Positions 24,800-38,524 of a stretch of 64,000 nucleotides of DNA are shown in pieces. The notes beneath the pieces were generated by a model, which was not told the DNA's origin, did not search any database, and saw nothing but the letters and a program-made list of their open reading frames with translations. The DNA comes from Trichoplax adhaerens (Eukaryota > Animalia > Placozoa): NCBI RefSeq assembly GCF_000150275.1, contig NW_002060952.1:1354452-1418451 (forward strand), in the 5' to 3' direction. Both the position numbers and the translations under genes were made by a program. Position 1 is the first letter of the stretch. Every line of letters begins with the position of its first letter.

Positions 24800-26300
24800 C
24801 CTAAGTTTTGATCTGCTTTTTCTAGAAATTACTCTATTAGAATTATTTAAAGAGGGTTTATTAGGACTAGGTAGAAATTGCTATCTTCATTGATAATGCT
24901 TCGCCGGGGTGATAGCAAATGTTGCTTCTACTTTCAAAAGATGAAATTTTCAAATTGTCCATGTTTCACAAAGCTGTTCATTTCCATGGTGCCTTGTCTT
25001 ACTTGCCCAACTACTGTACATGGGGAGATTTTACGTTTCGACAACTTAGATGTTTGAACAGCATCGAAGAAAATTTCTTGCATCTATGTCTTGGTAGGTA
25101 TTACTAGGCTCAGAAGATATGTCAAATGAAAATTTTCTTCAGAAACATACTTTCTTTTGAGTAATGTCCAGAATTTTCTTGAAGTAGAGAGAAAGTATCA
25201 CTGTTGGAGAGTGCATGAAATAACCCACTTGAGATTGCATTGCCAGATTTGCAAGCCTTTTATTCCTATCTTGAGGATAATCGCGCGTGGTTTCAAGCAC
25301 TTCAAAAGCGCGTCGGAAATCGATTTCTAGAAAATACCTCCACCACATTTCGCCTGAGCTACTTCACAGGCATCTTGATGCTCTTTACCCTTATCAAAAG
25401 CCAAAATCTCCATTTTCTGAATGTTGGCTGCAGTAATGCAAATAGTTCATTGATAGACCCTCCCCCCTGGTACAGACATGGCAAGTCTCCTAAATTAAGA
25501 AGTGTCAATGTCAGGGAGAATGTAATCTAGAAAAGGATCCAATTATTATCACAATAGGAAAGTGGCTTTCCTTTAAACGTCTTAGCCCTCTTTCTACAGC
25601 AGTTTTACAGTTTTCGCTTTTATTATTCCACTCATCCGAATCGATTTTTCCATAATACTGCACTATAAATGCAGCAGTATAAGGCGAGATCTCCTTACCA
25701 CTGACCAAATGTCAATAAATAAATATCCAACTTGCCGATAAGAATGGCTGAGATGAACTCTTGTTTTTAAAAGACTTTTCATTGCTGGTAAGCGCATTAA
25801 GGGGTTGAATTTTTTTTCAATCTCCTAGCCAATATGAGGGAAAAGTGCTCCATTGAAGCTGAGATATCACGTTCAGGCTCTTCTATAAAACTGTACTTTA
25901 GTTTCTTCAACCGACTTTCCTGAAAACGATCAAATAAAATTCTTTGATCTGCAGGTTTAATTTGTTTGTCATAAAGGTCTTGGAGGTTCTCACACGCTTC
26001 ATCATATCGTCATAGCTATCTGGAGTCGTTTCGTCTGCACCATTTTTCATTAAAATGGCGTACTGTACACATCTAAAACTCTCTACTTTGTAAGCTGCAG
26101 CATAATGCTGTTGGTCATTGCAGCGATATGTATTCCCTATGCAGGACAGCAGACAATCTGTTTTTAGCTGAAGTACATGTAGTAGGTGTACATCGATGTT
26201 CAGCTCCTCCATCGCCTCCAAAACTTCAACTTCTTATTGTGGCACTTGAGAGATATACTTGTCAAGGATGGTACAGTGAATGCGAAAATCATAATCCTTC
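24800..26300 (-). pseudogene. Possible decayed coding sequence with one ankyrin-like repeat
   Basis: Three consecutive minus-strand ORF fragments (25907-26221, 25511-25708, 25139-25348) have coding-like composition and are broken by stops and frameshifts. QHYAAAYKVESFRCVQYAILMKNGAD resembles the ankyrin pattern LHxAA...V..LL..GAD. Confidence 0.35.
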
Positions 26301-26599
26301 CTTTTGAAGATGAAAAAAGCATACAGCCATATGATTCTGCATGAGGGAATTAGTTTTGGAAAGGTTTTGGTATTCAATTTATTTCAATCTATTTTCATCA
26401 CAATATTTCATGACATGGTTGACAACATAAAGGAAAAAGCTGGAAAGGGTTCAAGAACATGTTCAACTATGTTCAACTTGAGCGTAGCTTAAATAGCAAT
26501 TTTATTTTTATTTTAGGGGGGCATAAGGTTCAGAACAAGTTTTTGAACGCGGAGAGCAGTTTCTGCAATAGGTAGTAAAATAGAATTACAAGATGTCGG

Positions 26600-26960
26600 A
26601 CTCTGCTGTACACTGAGTGTACAGTACAGTAAAATGCATTTGCGTATTACAGTAAGTTCCTGACTATGAACTAACTGACCTAGCTACAGTGTTTTATGAG
26701 TGTATGCTACTGTACTGTACACTGTACACTATAGTAGCAATGTAGCATACTGTACTGTACGGTACAGTATTATCTTCTAATATCAAATGACTTTCCAACC
26801 ACCCTCAGTAATTGTACTGGACGTACTGTGTACTGTACATTGTACAATATGTACTGTATACTGTCGTGTACGCGAGTCACGTGACTACTCCCTTACCCTG
26901 AACACACACAGTGTACAGTGTACAGTACAGCACGCCGTACAGTATATTTATACTGTACGG
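26600..26960. repeat. TACAGT/ACTGTA-rich field immediately upstream of the CDS gene
   Basis: Clustered TACTGTACTGTACACTGTACAC and ACAGTGTACAGTGTACAGTACAG, ending ~90 bp before the ATG at 27047. Confidence 0.8.
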
Positions 26961-27046
26961 CTGGACTCTACTTGTGTCCTCCTTGTCGAGATCAGCTTAT
27001 CCTCTTTTGCTGGTCGTTGCTGAATTCATATTAATCAAGTCTGAAA

Positions 27047-30000
27047 ATGTCAGACGGTGGTACGAAACTTAAGCAACGCAAAGTTCAAGGCGATACTGCC
27101 AAGGAAAATGTAAGCAATCTTTTCTATTTTGTATCTTTGTTGAGGAATTACTTTACACGGCTATTTCGTTGTAGTATTGGATTATTTTGACTTATTGGTA
27201 GCTTTGCTTCATTCTTGTGCTTTGCTTGTCCCTTTTGATGAACAAGAATGAGATGATTTTGCCACAATATTGAGCGTTGAGCGTACACGAAAACAACACT
27301 GAAGAGTGTTCACGGGTGGCCCTACGACAACGGAATGCAAATATCGAGTAAGCGGTTATAGCGTTCCATTTTTCGTGTGCAAGAAACTCACTATCGATTC
27401 AACTCCACAATAGCCTTTCCACAGCCAGTTATGGACATGTTGTGAACTGCAAGACGCTTTCGGCTAGTAGTCATACAACTGCAATTATTTACTTTCTTTT
27501 GTCTACTTGCCTTGTCTGCATTGGGGTTGTTATTATTATTGTCATTCTATATTACTGCAGCGTTTATTGAACCGTTAGTAACCATGCCCATCGCAAGGCA
27601 AAGCTCGTCGATAACTCACTAATAATTCACGCAATCGACTCTATTAGCCATGAACGACACACTATCGTACAGTAGGCCTTAAGGGTGCCTAGAAGATGAC
27701 AGCTTTCAGTTGAAGCGACCATGCATATGTTGTTTGCAGTTCCATGCTATCATACATTAATTAAATTGAACTCTGTTCTCTATCCTTTCTTCATTTTTAT
27801 TCTGACACTTTTCTTCAGACTTGTCTTTTCAGGTCTATGCCTATTTTCTCTACTTTTAAAGTCAATGATTACCTTATTAGCGGCAAGTGCCGTATGGCGC
27901 TGTATCGCTATGGATTACATACAATGTAGTGATTGAGTGATATCGGCATTCGAGAGATGATTGAGCTGTAAATACTGTATTAAATAAATAGCATAATAAT
28001 AATATTACTGGATAAAGCCATGGACTACAAAAAGACTATCTAGTTTTCTTCTAGTAGTCCATGACAAAGCTGCTGCTGTAGTAACTAAATGGAACATTCC
28101 TTTCATCTTACCATACTTACTGACATACAGCATTGCTATACCATAAGGCAGATCAATGCTGCATTCAATTGAATGATTCAACTTTTTCTGTAGTCTGGTT
28201 AGGTGTCTTGTTGTTTTTCATGGCAAGAGAGTTCCAATGACGGGATCGATTTGATTGTTTATATACGCGTATATTGCATCAGTATATCGTACATCGTTGT
28301 ATTGATGAGATAGAACTGCGGTGTTATCCGCCTGAGTAATTGAATTTGGATGGCTTTAATTGATCTTTTTCAAGTTAGTATAGACCTACACAAGTCTTAG
28401 AAGTCTTCAACTTTTATAGTTCTCAGTATCATTTCATAAGTTAGAATACCCAATAACATTAGTAGCCATTAGAAATCGTAGAACGCATTAGTGGAAACTC
28501 ACAATCGTACAGGGTATAACAGACGTTTGATATCGATGTGACAGATAAACTGAGAAGCAGTAGTTGCTGCACGAACATTTAAATTTGCCTACATAGCATT
28601 GCCAACACACATGGCCAAATCATACGCACATCTTCAGAGCGTTGATTATAATCATTATTATTATCATCAAATGTTTTTAATACGTATCCGTTTAATGTAT
28701 TCGTTACAGATTTTCTCATAACATTTTTACAGCGCGTCAACAGTACAATACACATATTGTATACGCTTACAGTAGATTTATAAGCTATTCATGCTCGACA
28801 GAGTCCTAGTTCAACCCATGAAACATTTTATGATAGTTGCAGAGTAAACTTACTCATAATTGCATCTGGCTTATTGCACATCATACATCAATAATGATGT
28901 ATCTTGTACTAGGCGTCATTTACAACTACCCGTACAGCGAAGATGTACATATTATTTGCTATTTTTGATCGAATACAGAAAATCTCGTTTAAATATTGCA
29001 AAACCTATGTTATTAGATTTTAGGGTTTCGCCTCTACATTATTTGATATTTGGCGTCTATTATGTATCCGACTAATAACATCTTATCATTAATACAATTC
29101 CACACATAACAACGTCCATATTCTCAGTTGAATGTTCGAGAACAATAAAAACTTAAATCAATTATAAGCTGATCATGGGGTATAAATTACCCAGGCAAAA
29201 TCCAATCTTAGGTTATAACCTTAAATCAGTTTAGAAATGAAGACATGGGTTTGCGTACAATAAATATTTTCCATCACATGTGATACAATATAGTCTAATC
29301 TTATTGTAGTATTTTCATTTGATACTGAGCGTAAAATAATCTTAAATCGGCAATTAATGCACTAACCGTACGTCTTTTTGTACGTTATGTTTTATAACTA
29401 ATGACGGTGAATAAGCAATCAATCACTTGATTCGGATTTCGAGTTACTCATAAAATGCTGTGGTCGTTACAATTAATTAACTGTTAAAGTCAGTGGCAAA
29501 TACTGAAAAATTATGATGTATTTCATCATCAATTATCATTGTAATATCTTGGTAGATGCCCTTTGTTACTCATCTTTCTCGCCAATTTGGCATGATAGCA
29601 ATAACAGGAATTGGTATATTCGTGCATTTTAATTTTTCTTCGTACTGTGATCAAGACTGTAATAACAATGTTCGCTGAAGCATACCTTTGTTCATATTAT
29701 TATAATCATAGTATTTTCTTTCATTTATGCTAGTTAGAAAATCTTATGCTTGTAATAATTTTACATTTTGTACAGTACAATGCCGCGCAGGTGTTTAAAT
29801 TCAGTTGATGGTGCGCTCATATTTGGTGTATGTTTACTTCTTCATATTTCTTTTATTTTAAATCATCTGAACAGTAATTTAAATTTAAAATTTGTACGAT
29901 GCCTTACCATTAAGTGGGATTAGATTATTTGTAATGAGCTTTGCAAAATCATCCAAGTTATTAGTAGTAATGCACAGTAGAAATATTCAAAATCTTACAG

Positions 30001-33000
30001 AATGAAGATACAGTACAATTTGCGGCTGTATCAATTATGTATATAAAATTATAAGCGTTTATGTCTATTGTGTAATGAAGTGGGTAGTCTGTCTATTAAT
30101 TAAACTGGCAATTGAAAGTTTTCTATACAAACGTTATAGCCTGCAACCAAAAGCATTAATTTCAGGGTAACGCTTATGGCGTTATTCGTGGAAATGAGAA
30201 TCATTAGAAATCGATTGCATTCAAACGAACTGTACTGACAAAAATGCAATCGGCTGCAATTAATAATATCTAAAAATTTCTCCTAGACTCGAGTACAGTA
30301 CTGTACATTGCATATTTAGCAAATAGTAGCTGGACTTGGTAACGTTGGTGAGATCTGTTGCGATATATATATAATTAATGTATAAAATACGAGTCCCGAT
30401 GACATTTCGACTAAACTAGCTAAGAATTTTCTCGACTTGTGTCAAGCATTACTCTCTCTAAACAATAAGTTATAAATGCAGCTTTTATGATACTGTACTA
30501 TAGCAAACTGCAAATAATACGTAAACGCTGATCTCGATAACTGTTCACTAAGTATAGTGGGAATCGTCTAAAAGTGCCTTTGAAGCCGATCGCACGAGAC
30601 TAAACCCTATTTACTCTTAATCATTTGGTACATTTTCCCTCTTCGTTATCTAGAGTATATTTGTAACTTTGCCTTTCCTCAATTATATAGCCTTAAAAAG
30701 TAATTCGGTCACAGCTTGCAGTGTTGATCTTACATGTATGTGCTCTAATAATTAGTTTTTAAATTCATTTCTTATTTGTAGGCCCATTCCGGCGATGAGT
30801 CTGCAACCCAGCAGCAATCCCAAGATAATTCGTCCGCAGCTGTACAAGGCAAATCGTCGCGGTAATAATTTTAATTCATTATGTGACTTACTAACTTGGA
30901 TGGCTTTTACTGCTTTAGCTGTTCACAATTGGTTACTCTACCTATTAAAATTATCAATAATTTCTGTCTCTTGCCGTTTTATAATTATTAGATGGAAGAA
31001 TTGGTGGATTCGTACAATTTTTACGCTAATATTACTTGCTCTATTTGCAGCTGTTATTTACGCTGGCCCTATCAGCTTAACATTAATGGTAGGCGTCTAT
31101 TATTTGTGCTTAAATTGATAATTTATTTATCCTGTTTATAGATGATATGCATTATGGTATATACGCGTTGTGTTACATTCACCTATAGGTAATGTGCATC
31201 CAAATTCGCTGCTTTTACGAAATTATTGCAGTCGGCCATAAAAAATACAGGGAGGAAAATTTACCATTTTTCCGGAGTCTAAGTTGGTAAGTGAGCTAAT
31301 TATATTTACCACAATATATAGTACGATACTATAGCATGTAAAGAAGTATCTTTTGTGTAAATTTTAGCAGATGTTGCTAGCCCTGACAGCTAACAGGATA
31401 ACTCTATGATGTATAGTACTTTATTAAATTGACTAGTTGGAGCTCTAATGCGTGGTATTAGTGAGTTCATTGACTGAAATTGCTTTCAATTGCGATATAG
31501 TGTTGGAATTGTTACATTATACATAACTACTGACAGTTACTGTGATGGAACTATTACTAACATAAAAAGATAGAGCACTGAAGATAAAATTGACACTGCT
31601 TATCTTGCCCTCCAGGTCATTTGTTGCAACCGTAAACTACTTTCTTTATGGTGAAAGTTTATCCCAATATTTTCAAAATTTTCTTCAAAAGGATGAAATC
31701 TTGCAACCGCTTGCTTCGTATCATCGATTCATTTCGTTTATGATGTATTTGTGTTGTAAGTATCTTGCTGTATCATGCATGTATTCAATTTAAAGTAGCT
31801 CCTACAAGGCACATATTGCAACTGTCTTTGGAATATTTGAGATCGAAGATAATGTTAGGATTGTCCTATTTACACTGGAGGCCTAATTTTGATAAATAAT
31901 GGTAATATAGGTTTTGTCTTGTTTGTACTGACCTTAAAGAAAGGATATTACATGGTGCAATTTGCTTTGGTATGTAATTATATATTTTAATGATATATAC
32001 TACAAGTTGGTAATATCGATGTGTTTGTTGTTTCTTGTTTAATCCGATAAGAAATAACATCGTTTTTGCTAAGCTTAAATTTTATTGGATTAAATTCTAG
32101 TTTGGTTGGACTCATATAATCATATTACTTTTGGTTGCTCAATCCCATCTGATGATTCAAAATATTTTCGAAGGCCTAATTTGGTAAGATTTTTTTAATC
32201 AAACTTACTTATAATAATGACGTACATGATTGATTGTCAGTATTGATCAGATTATGGTACTACCTGTTATAGGTTCTTATTACCTGTATCACTGGTTATT
32301 TGTAATGACATTATGGCGTACATTTTTGGTAGGGTGTAAATACTTTTTAGCTTAAATATATTAAGAATTGAAATTTTGGTACTTTTATGCACCGTCAACT
32401 TGATAATCCTTAATGTCCACGCTTAAAATTTGTTTTACATGTTTGTACCAATAGGATTCTTTTTTGGTCGTACTCCTCTTATTAAGGTATCTAAAGTTGC
32501 TGTGAAACTAAAATACTCATTATATTTAACAGTTAACAAAGAGTCTAAGGTGATTGAAATTATGTGAGTGTAAAGCGTGATGTAATTCGTTTCAGTTATC
32601 TCCCAAAAAAACCTGGGAAGGATTCATTGGTGCCCTATTTTCTACATTGATTTTTGGTTTCCTTGTGAGTTTATGTGAAGCTAATTGTAATAGAATTTTA
32701 ACCAAGTTAGTCGTCACTTTCTCACTTAAAGATATCATATATTAACATTCTATTTCTGCGTTATCAGTTTACCAACTTCTTAGCTCGATATCAATATTTT
32801 GTTTGTCCAGTAAAGGTAAGGTTGCTGGCAATTGATTTCATTTTTGCAAGAAATAATTGTGTTACTGATGTGACCCAAAAATTTTTAGTATAACAGCACT
32901 CTGAACAAGGTTAGATTAGAGTGTGATCCGTCCTATGCCTTTCGATTAAAAGAATATACTATTCCAGTTGAAATACAGAGTTTGCTACAATTGGTTTGTA

Positions 33001-33598
33001 GAATATTTTTATGTTATAAAAATTAGTGGATTTGAAAGCTGTAAAATAAGAATCGCCTTTATAACATTACGTTCAAGGTGGGAATATATTACAAAACCGT
33101 CATTATGTATCCCCTTCAAGTGCACACTTTGGCTTTCTCTATATTTAGTTCTTTAATAGCTCCTTTTGGTGGTTTCTTTGCTAGTGGCTTTAAACGTGCA
33201 TTTAAAGTTAAGGTAAGGGTTCATAATACAGTGCAATTGGTTATTGACAACAAGCTTGTTACTACGATCATTATATCGTTTCATTGCCTTTGATAGGATT
33301 TTTCTGAAGCTATTCCTGGTCATGGTGGTCTAATGGACAGATTTGACTGTCAACTTCTTACCTCAACTTTCGTCCATGTTTATTATTTTTCATTTCTGAG
33401 GTATGTACAGCAATTAGTGGAATGGACTAGCTAAATTGTTTTCAACGTTAAGATGCAGCAAGATAGTTTGCTTTCTTTTCACGTAGGAGTGAAGATCCAG
33501 CTAGACTGTTGGGACAAATTCGCAGGCTTAATGTAGATAGTCAGTTGTATCTCTTCAACGAGATCAAAAAGCTATTGGAGGCTGCTGGAAAACTCTAA
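27047..33598 (+). CDS. CDS2: Phosphatidate cytidylyltransferase (CDP-diacylglycerol synthase, CDS1/2)
   Basis: Exon 1 is 27047-27109 ([14 protein letters not shown]...); exon 2 starts at 30782. Motifs: [132 protein letters not shown]. Stop TAA at 33596-33598. Assignment of exon 1 is less certain than the rest. Confidence 0.93.
28019..28063. mobile_element. 45-bp hairpin element, second copy of the candidate minimal MITE family (in CDS intron 1)
   Basis: CATGGACTACAAAAAG...TTCTAGTAGTCCATG, flanked by ATAAAGC / ACAAAGC; termini match the element at 24371. Confidence 0.55.
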
Positions 33599-35904
33599 AT
33601 CGATGTGATAAGTTTTCCCTTGTCACAACTGAATTGGTAATGTCGGGATTTTCAACTTGATTGAAATAATGCATATGCGTTCACCTACAGTAGTAGCGGC
33701 TTATCCTTGACAGTTTTTCATTATTGCTGTCATGGTTTGTTTTTAACACTAAATAGTACTTTTTATTGCTGGGTCAAATTAAGTTGATTGTCGGTAATAC
33801 AGTAGGATGTTTATTTTAATATTATGTAATAATTAAGTTTTGAAATGTATAGATATCCAGTGATGGTGACGTCTAGATAGTATTCTTGTGAATTTGTTCT
33901 TGTTATTCGATGCCTTTTTTTGTTTTCATGTTTTGACTGCAAAAGTCCATGTATTCAATTTCCTCACGAAACTATTTCGATTCTATTATCAAGACCGAAA
34001 ATGAGATCACTTTAATTTCCTTACTACATTTTGCAGTTATCAACACGTTACGATGTAATAGTTGTGTACGTACAAGCAATTAGGTTTGGAAGTTGATGGA
34101 TTGTTGCATTCATTTAGGTGTTGATTGAAATCCTAGCAAATGAATTAGCATTTAGAGTTTAGATTGGAGATTTATTAGAATCTTGTATCTCAAGATACAA
34201 GTTAGTGGGCTGTTAGAAGTCAAGTTGTATCATTCTGAAAGTATATTGTATTCATCTTCTATTTTATTGTATCACTTGCGATTTTTTGATTATTGGGATT
34301 GCCGTCATCCCATTTTAACTACGAGACAGAATATTTGATATTATAGCACCTATAGGATGTGAATTAACAATCATTGCTAGGCATACTTTATGCATTTTAA
34401 TTCAACCTGATCCAAAATGTAGTTGATGTGACGTTAGACCTTGTCTATTTGCAGTATATTCATTCATTACTTGGATGGATACCTTTGTTTAGTTGTGTTG
34501 CAACAATTCCTGTCGATGTTAACCATACATGAGTTTAATAAATAAACTTTTTTGGTTCTATTGCAATAGGTCTAATTCATGTTGAACAATGTACAACTAC
34601 AGTACATTAATTCATCAGCTAGCTATCCACAGCCTAGTGAGCTGAACTTTTCTGACTCCATTGGAGTTGTTTACACTTTACAGTAGTCAGTCACGTACCA
34701 CAAATCCACAATACAGCGCGTTGTTGACTCAGTCTGTGCTGTATCTAGTACATATCATTAGTATCACAGCAGCATGATACAGTTGCTAAACATGTAGTGA
34801 TCAGATCTGATAATGATGTAGAGCATAGACTACGACTACTTTTGGGGAAAACATTGGCAAGACATGTGTGTGTCTTTCAAGGATGCTTTCCATGAATTTG
34901 CCCTATTTATTCGAGTAGTCTGGTTATGTACTCTCTGTCTATTGATAGGACCTGTATCGTTTGGTCCGTTCCATAGAGGCAAAAGAAAAGGCTTTTTTAT
35001 GTTTTGACGAGTATCACTAGTATAGTGATCGTTATTTCTTGTTTTTTCCTGTCTAAGTGTATATATATACTGTACATTATAGATGCGTATGCGTATACTT
35101 TCATGGCCTACTAGAAAAAGACCTTGTTGTCTTCTTTTCGTCCTCCGTGCTACTTTGTACCAGAAAGTCGGTGATTGATTGTGTGCATTGAAAGTCTCCA
35201 TGGAGGACGAATCACTCCGAGTTGTAGTCTCCTCGCACCAGATGTTTGTTGCTAGTGCGATAGCAATGATTGCAAGATTGCCTAGTCCATATTAGGGGGA
35301 TATTGTTGGAAGCCAACGGAAACAGTGGAAAGTTGTTGTACTGTGATTGATTTGATCCATTGATTTATTAGTCTATTGAGGGTAGTGGTTGAACAGGCCG
35401 TGAGGTGGTCAGTCTATCTTTCCAGTTGGCACCATGTTGCAAAACTTCCGTTACCACCTGACTGACTCCACTACGATATCCTAGAGACCCTTGTCGATCA
35501 GTTGCATGGATAGTTTTGTATCAGTTATTCGTCATGACTGTATGTACTGGGAAAAGGCTAGAAGAAGTAGAGTCCTATGGCGTCGACAGTCAAGGCAAAA
35601 GTGACGGTTGTTGCTGACCGATTCTTTTAGCCTGCGGAAGAAAGACGAGCGTGCAGTACAACGTTTCCAGTTGAGTCGTTTACTATACTGTACTACTTGT
35701 GTACACTACAGTACAGGACTCTTTTGGGGGTTTTCCTGCCATTGCGGTAGTAAACTATTAGCCATGCAAAATAGAAAATACTCTTGGAAATAAATAGAAA
35801 TCAATCATATTATAAATAAATAAATAAATACTCGATTGCTCAATGGATGATGCAACTGTGTACAGTATACAGTGTACAGTACAGAAATGGATTGAGACGG
35901 TGAT

Positions 35905-36420
35905 CGTGCTGACTTTTCTTTCGGAAGTTGTTGTTTTGGTATAGTGTAGCAGTCAGTCCAATTGGGCGTTGCAGTACCTGGACAGTGGAGCGGTACAGTC
36001 CATTCTGCTACAGTACAAAGCTACACCATTCTGTTGACTTTTCTTTTGGAAGTTGTTGTTTTGGTACAGTGTAGCAGTCAGTCTAACTGGGCCGCTGCAG
36101 TACCTGGACAGTACTGTACTGTAGAATAAAAAAAGTCCATTCTGCTACAGTACAAAGCTACAGTACACCATTCTGTTGACTTTTCTTTCGGAAGTCGTTG
36201 TTTTGGTATACAGTACTGTACTGTACTGTAGTGTAGCAGTCAGTCCAACTGGACCGCGGCAGTACCAGGACAGTAGAGTACATCCAGTCCATTCTGCTAC
36301 AGTACAAAGCTACGCCATTCTGCTGAATTTTCTTTTGGAAGTTGTTGTTTGAAATACAGTACAAAGCTACACTATTCTGTTGACTTTTCTTTCGGAAGTT
36401 GTTGTTTTGACAGTAGAGTA
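35905..36420. repeat. Minisatellite array 1, copy A (~120-150-bp unit, 5 core repeats)
   Basis: The core GACTTTTCTTT(C/T)GGAAGTTGTTGTTTT...AGTCAGTCCAACTGG...CATTCTGCTACAGTACAAAGCTAC is repeated. Confidence 0.9.
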
Positions 36421-36427
36421 CATTCAA

Positions 36428-37175
36428 GTACGCTAGCGGCTAGCCCATGGTACCCCAGCCAGCCGATCGGCCGGCTGGAGTACGCATGCCCCTTGCCAAG
36501 GGTCCATAGTGAGTGAATGTCGGCAACGGCGATCAGTAGAGAACGTAGAAGGTTGTAGCAAGATTGATATGATTGCAGGGTTTTGTGCTTGATTGCATTT
36601 GTATTGAAATCGGCTTGCACCCGGGACTTGGTACTAGAGCAAGCAGATCGTACGCACGAGCAGTCGTAGCCGGTTCGGCTACAGTACAAAGCAACTCCAT
36701 TCGTACTGTAGTCTACAGTACACTACACGCTAGCTCATGGTATCCCAGCCAGCCGATCGGCCGGCTGGAGTACGCATGCCCCTTGCCAAGGGTCCATAGT
36801 GAGTGAATGTCGGCATCGGCGATCAGTAGAGAACGTAGAAGGTTGTAGCAAGATTGATATGATTGCAGGGTTTTGTGCTTGAATGCGTTTGTATTTGGAC
36901 TTGCAGCAGAGCAAGCAGATCGTCCAGCTGGAGTACGCACGAGCAGTCGTAGCCGTTTCGGCTACAGTACAAAGCAATTCCATTCGTACTGTAGTCTACA
37001 GTACACTGCACGCTAGCCCATGGTATCCCAGCCAGCCGATCGGTCGGCTGGAGTACGCATGCCCCTTGCCAAGGGTCCATAGTGAGTGAATGTCGGCATC
37101 GGCGATCAGTAGAGAACGTAGAAGGTTGTAGCAAGATTGATATGATTGCAGGGTTTTGTGCTTGATTGCATTTGT
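36428..37175. repeat. Tandem array 2, copy A: three GC-rich ~285-bp dyad-rich units
   Basis: CAGCCAGCCGATCGG...CCCTTGCCAAGGGTCCATAGTGAGTGAATGTCGGC occurs at ~36457, ~36746 and ~37029. Confidence 0.95.
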
Positions 37176-37222
37176 ATCGAAATCGGGTTGCATTTTGGAG
37201 ATTTGGACGAAGCACGTCGACT

Positions 37223-37869
37223 ATGGCTGCTGTGGCAAGCGATCACAGCAGCAATGCTAGTAGCGATCGTGATGAAAGAGAGAATGAAGACGATGAGACG
37301 CGTACCGGGGATGAAATGGAAGAGCGTTTTCGGGTTGATCGAAGAAAGCTGGAACAGATGTTACAAGGTAGAGAGAGAGAGAGAGAGATCATCAAGCCCG
37401 TCCTCCTTTTTCATTTTTGACTCGTTGCAATTTGTTTATCATTGTTGATCCAAATTCCTTGCTTGTCGTCTACTTGATTCATTCTTGTTGTCTCTACATC
37501 TATCGACAACTGACTTTGCCCATCTTCTTTTTATGTTGATTGCACTTTAGCTACTGACAATGGTCCGATAGAATCGGGTGAAAAATTCTTCAAAAAGGTA
37601 AAAATGAAGATTATTATCTAGCCAACAATGCTCGCCAACACCATAGTCATACTAGACTATCGTCATCGTTGTCATGTATCATCATCAATATAGCCCCCCC
37701 CCCCACCAAAAAAACACTCTCTACTCCACTTGTTTAGCGTATGTTGATCGCTAGTGCAATGCCATCCTTTTCAACATGTCTCCTTTCTCTTCTATTTAGA
37801 TCATGGAAGATACCTTGACGCATATCACTTGGCCTGCTAAATTAAAAATTGGCGCTAAGTCTAAAAAAG
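37223..37869 (+). CDS. BICC1: Bicaudal-C exons 1-3, redundant partial copy truncated by an assembly gap
   Basis: MAAVASDHSS...EERFRVDRRKLEQMLQ / ATDNGPIESGEKFFKK / IMEDTLTHITWPAKLKIGAKSKK, identical in translation to the copy at 40584. Confidence 0.75.
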
Positions 37870-38046
37870 GTAAGTTGTACAAAGAGAAACAACCATTTCA
37901 AAATACAATCCCATTGCCCTTCTTCTTGCCAACATGCAATCCCATCGTCAATTCAATACAACCCTTTTGCCTTTCTTCATACACACCAACTACCAACACA
38001 AATCGTCCAACAATCCAATAACAACTTTACACAAATCAAACTCATG

Positions 38047-38096
38047 NNNNNNNNNNNNNNNNNNNNNNNNNNNNNNNNNNNNNNNNNNNNNNNNNN
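38047..38096. other. Assembly gap (50 N)
   Basis: Run of N. Confidence 1.
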
Positions 38097-38524
38097 TGCA
38101 AACTTCCGTTACCACCTGACTGACTCCACTACGATATCCTAGAGACCCTTGTCGATCAGTTGCATGGATAGTTTTGTATCAGTTATTCGTCATGACTGTA
38201 TGTACTGGGAAAAGGCTAGAAGAAGTAGAGTCCTATGGCGTCTACAGTCAAGGCAAAAGTGACGGTTCTTGCTGACCGATTCTTTTAGCCTGCGGAAGAA
38301 AGACGAGCGCGCAGTACAACGTTTCCAGTTGGGTCGTTTACTATACTGTACTACGTGTGTACACTATAGTACAGGACTCTTTTGGGGGTTTTCCTGCCAT
38401 TGCGGTAGTAAACTATTAGCCATGCAAAATAGAAAATACTCTTGAAAATAAATAGAAATCACCCATATTATAAATAAATAAATACTCGATTGCTCAATAC
38501 GCCGGATTGAGACTTGACGGTGAT

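Larger units (their letters stand above)
35438..38046 (+). repeat. Copy A of the BicC upstream region plus exons 1-3 (duplicate of 38097-41404; probable uncollapsed haplotype)
   Basis: Begins with TGCAAAACTTCCGTTACC, the same sequence that starts the post-gap contig, and ends CAAACTCATG at the gap, matching ~41395-41404. Contains the ATG at 37223 and the same three exons as copy B. Confidence 0.92.

Noticed and set aside
34182-34201. CTTGTATC-TCAA-GATACAAG hairpin downstream of CDS
   Set aside because: An 8-bp stem in AT-rich DNA is expected by chance, and no second copy was seen.
37223-38046. Second, truncated BicC paralogue
   Set aside because: It ends exactly at an assembly gap and mirrors the start of the next contig. 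Uncollapsed allelic sequence is the simpler explanation.
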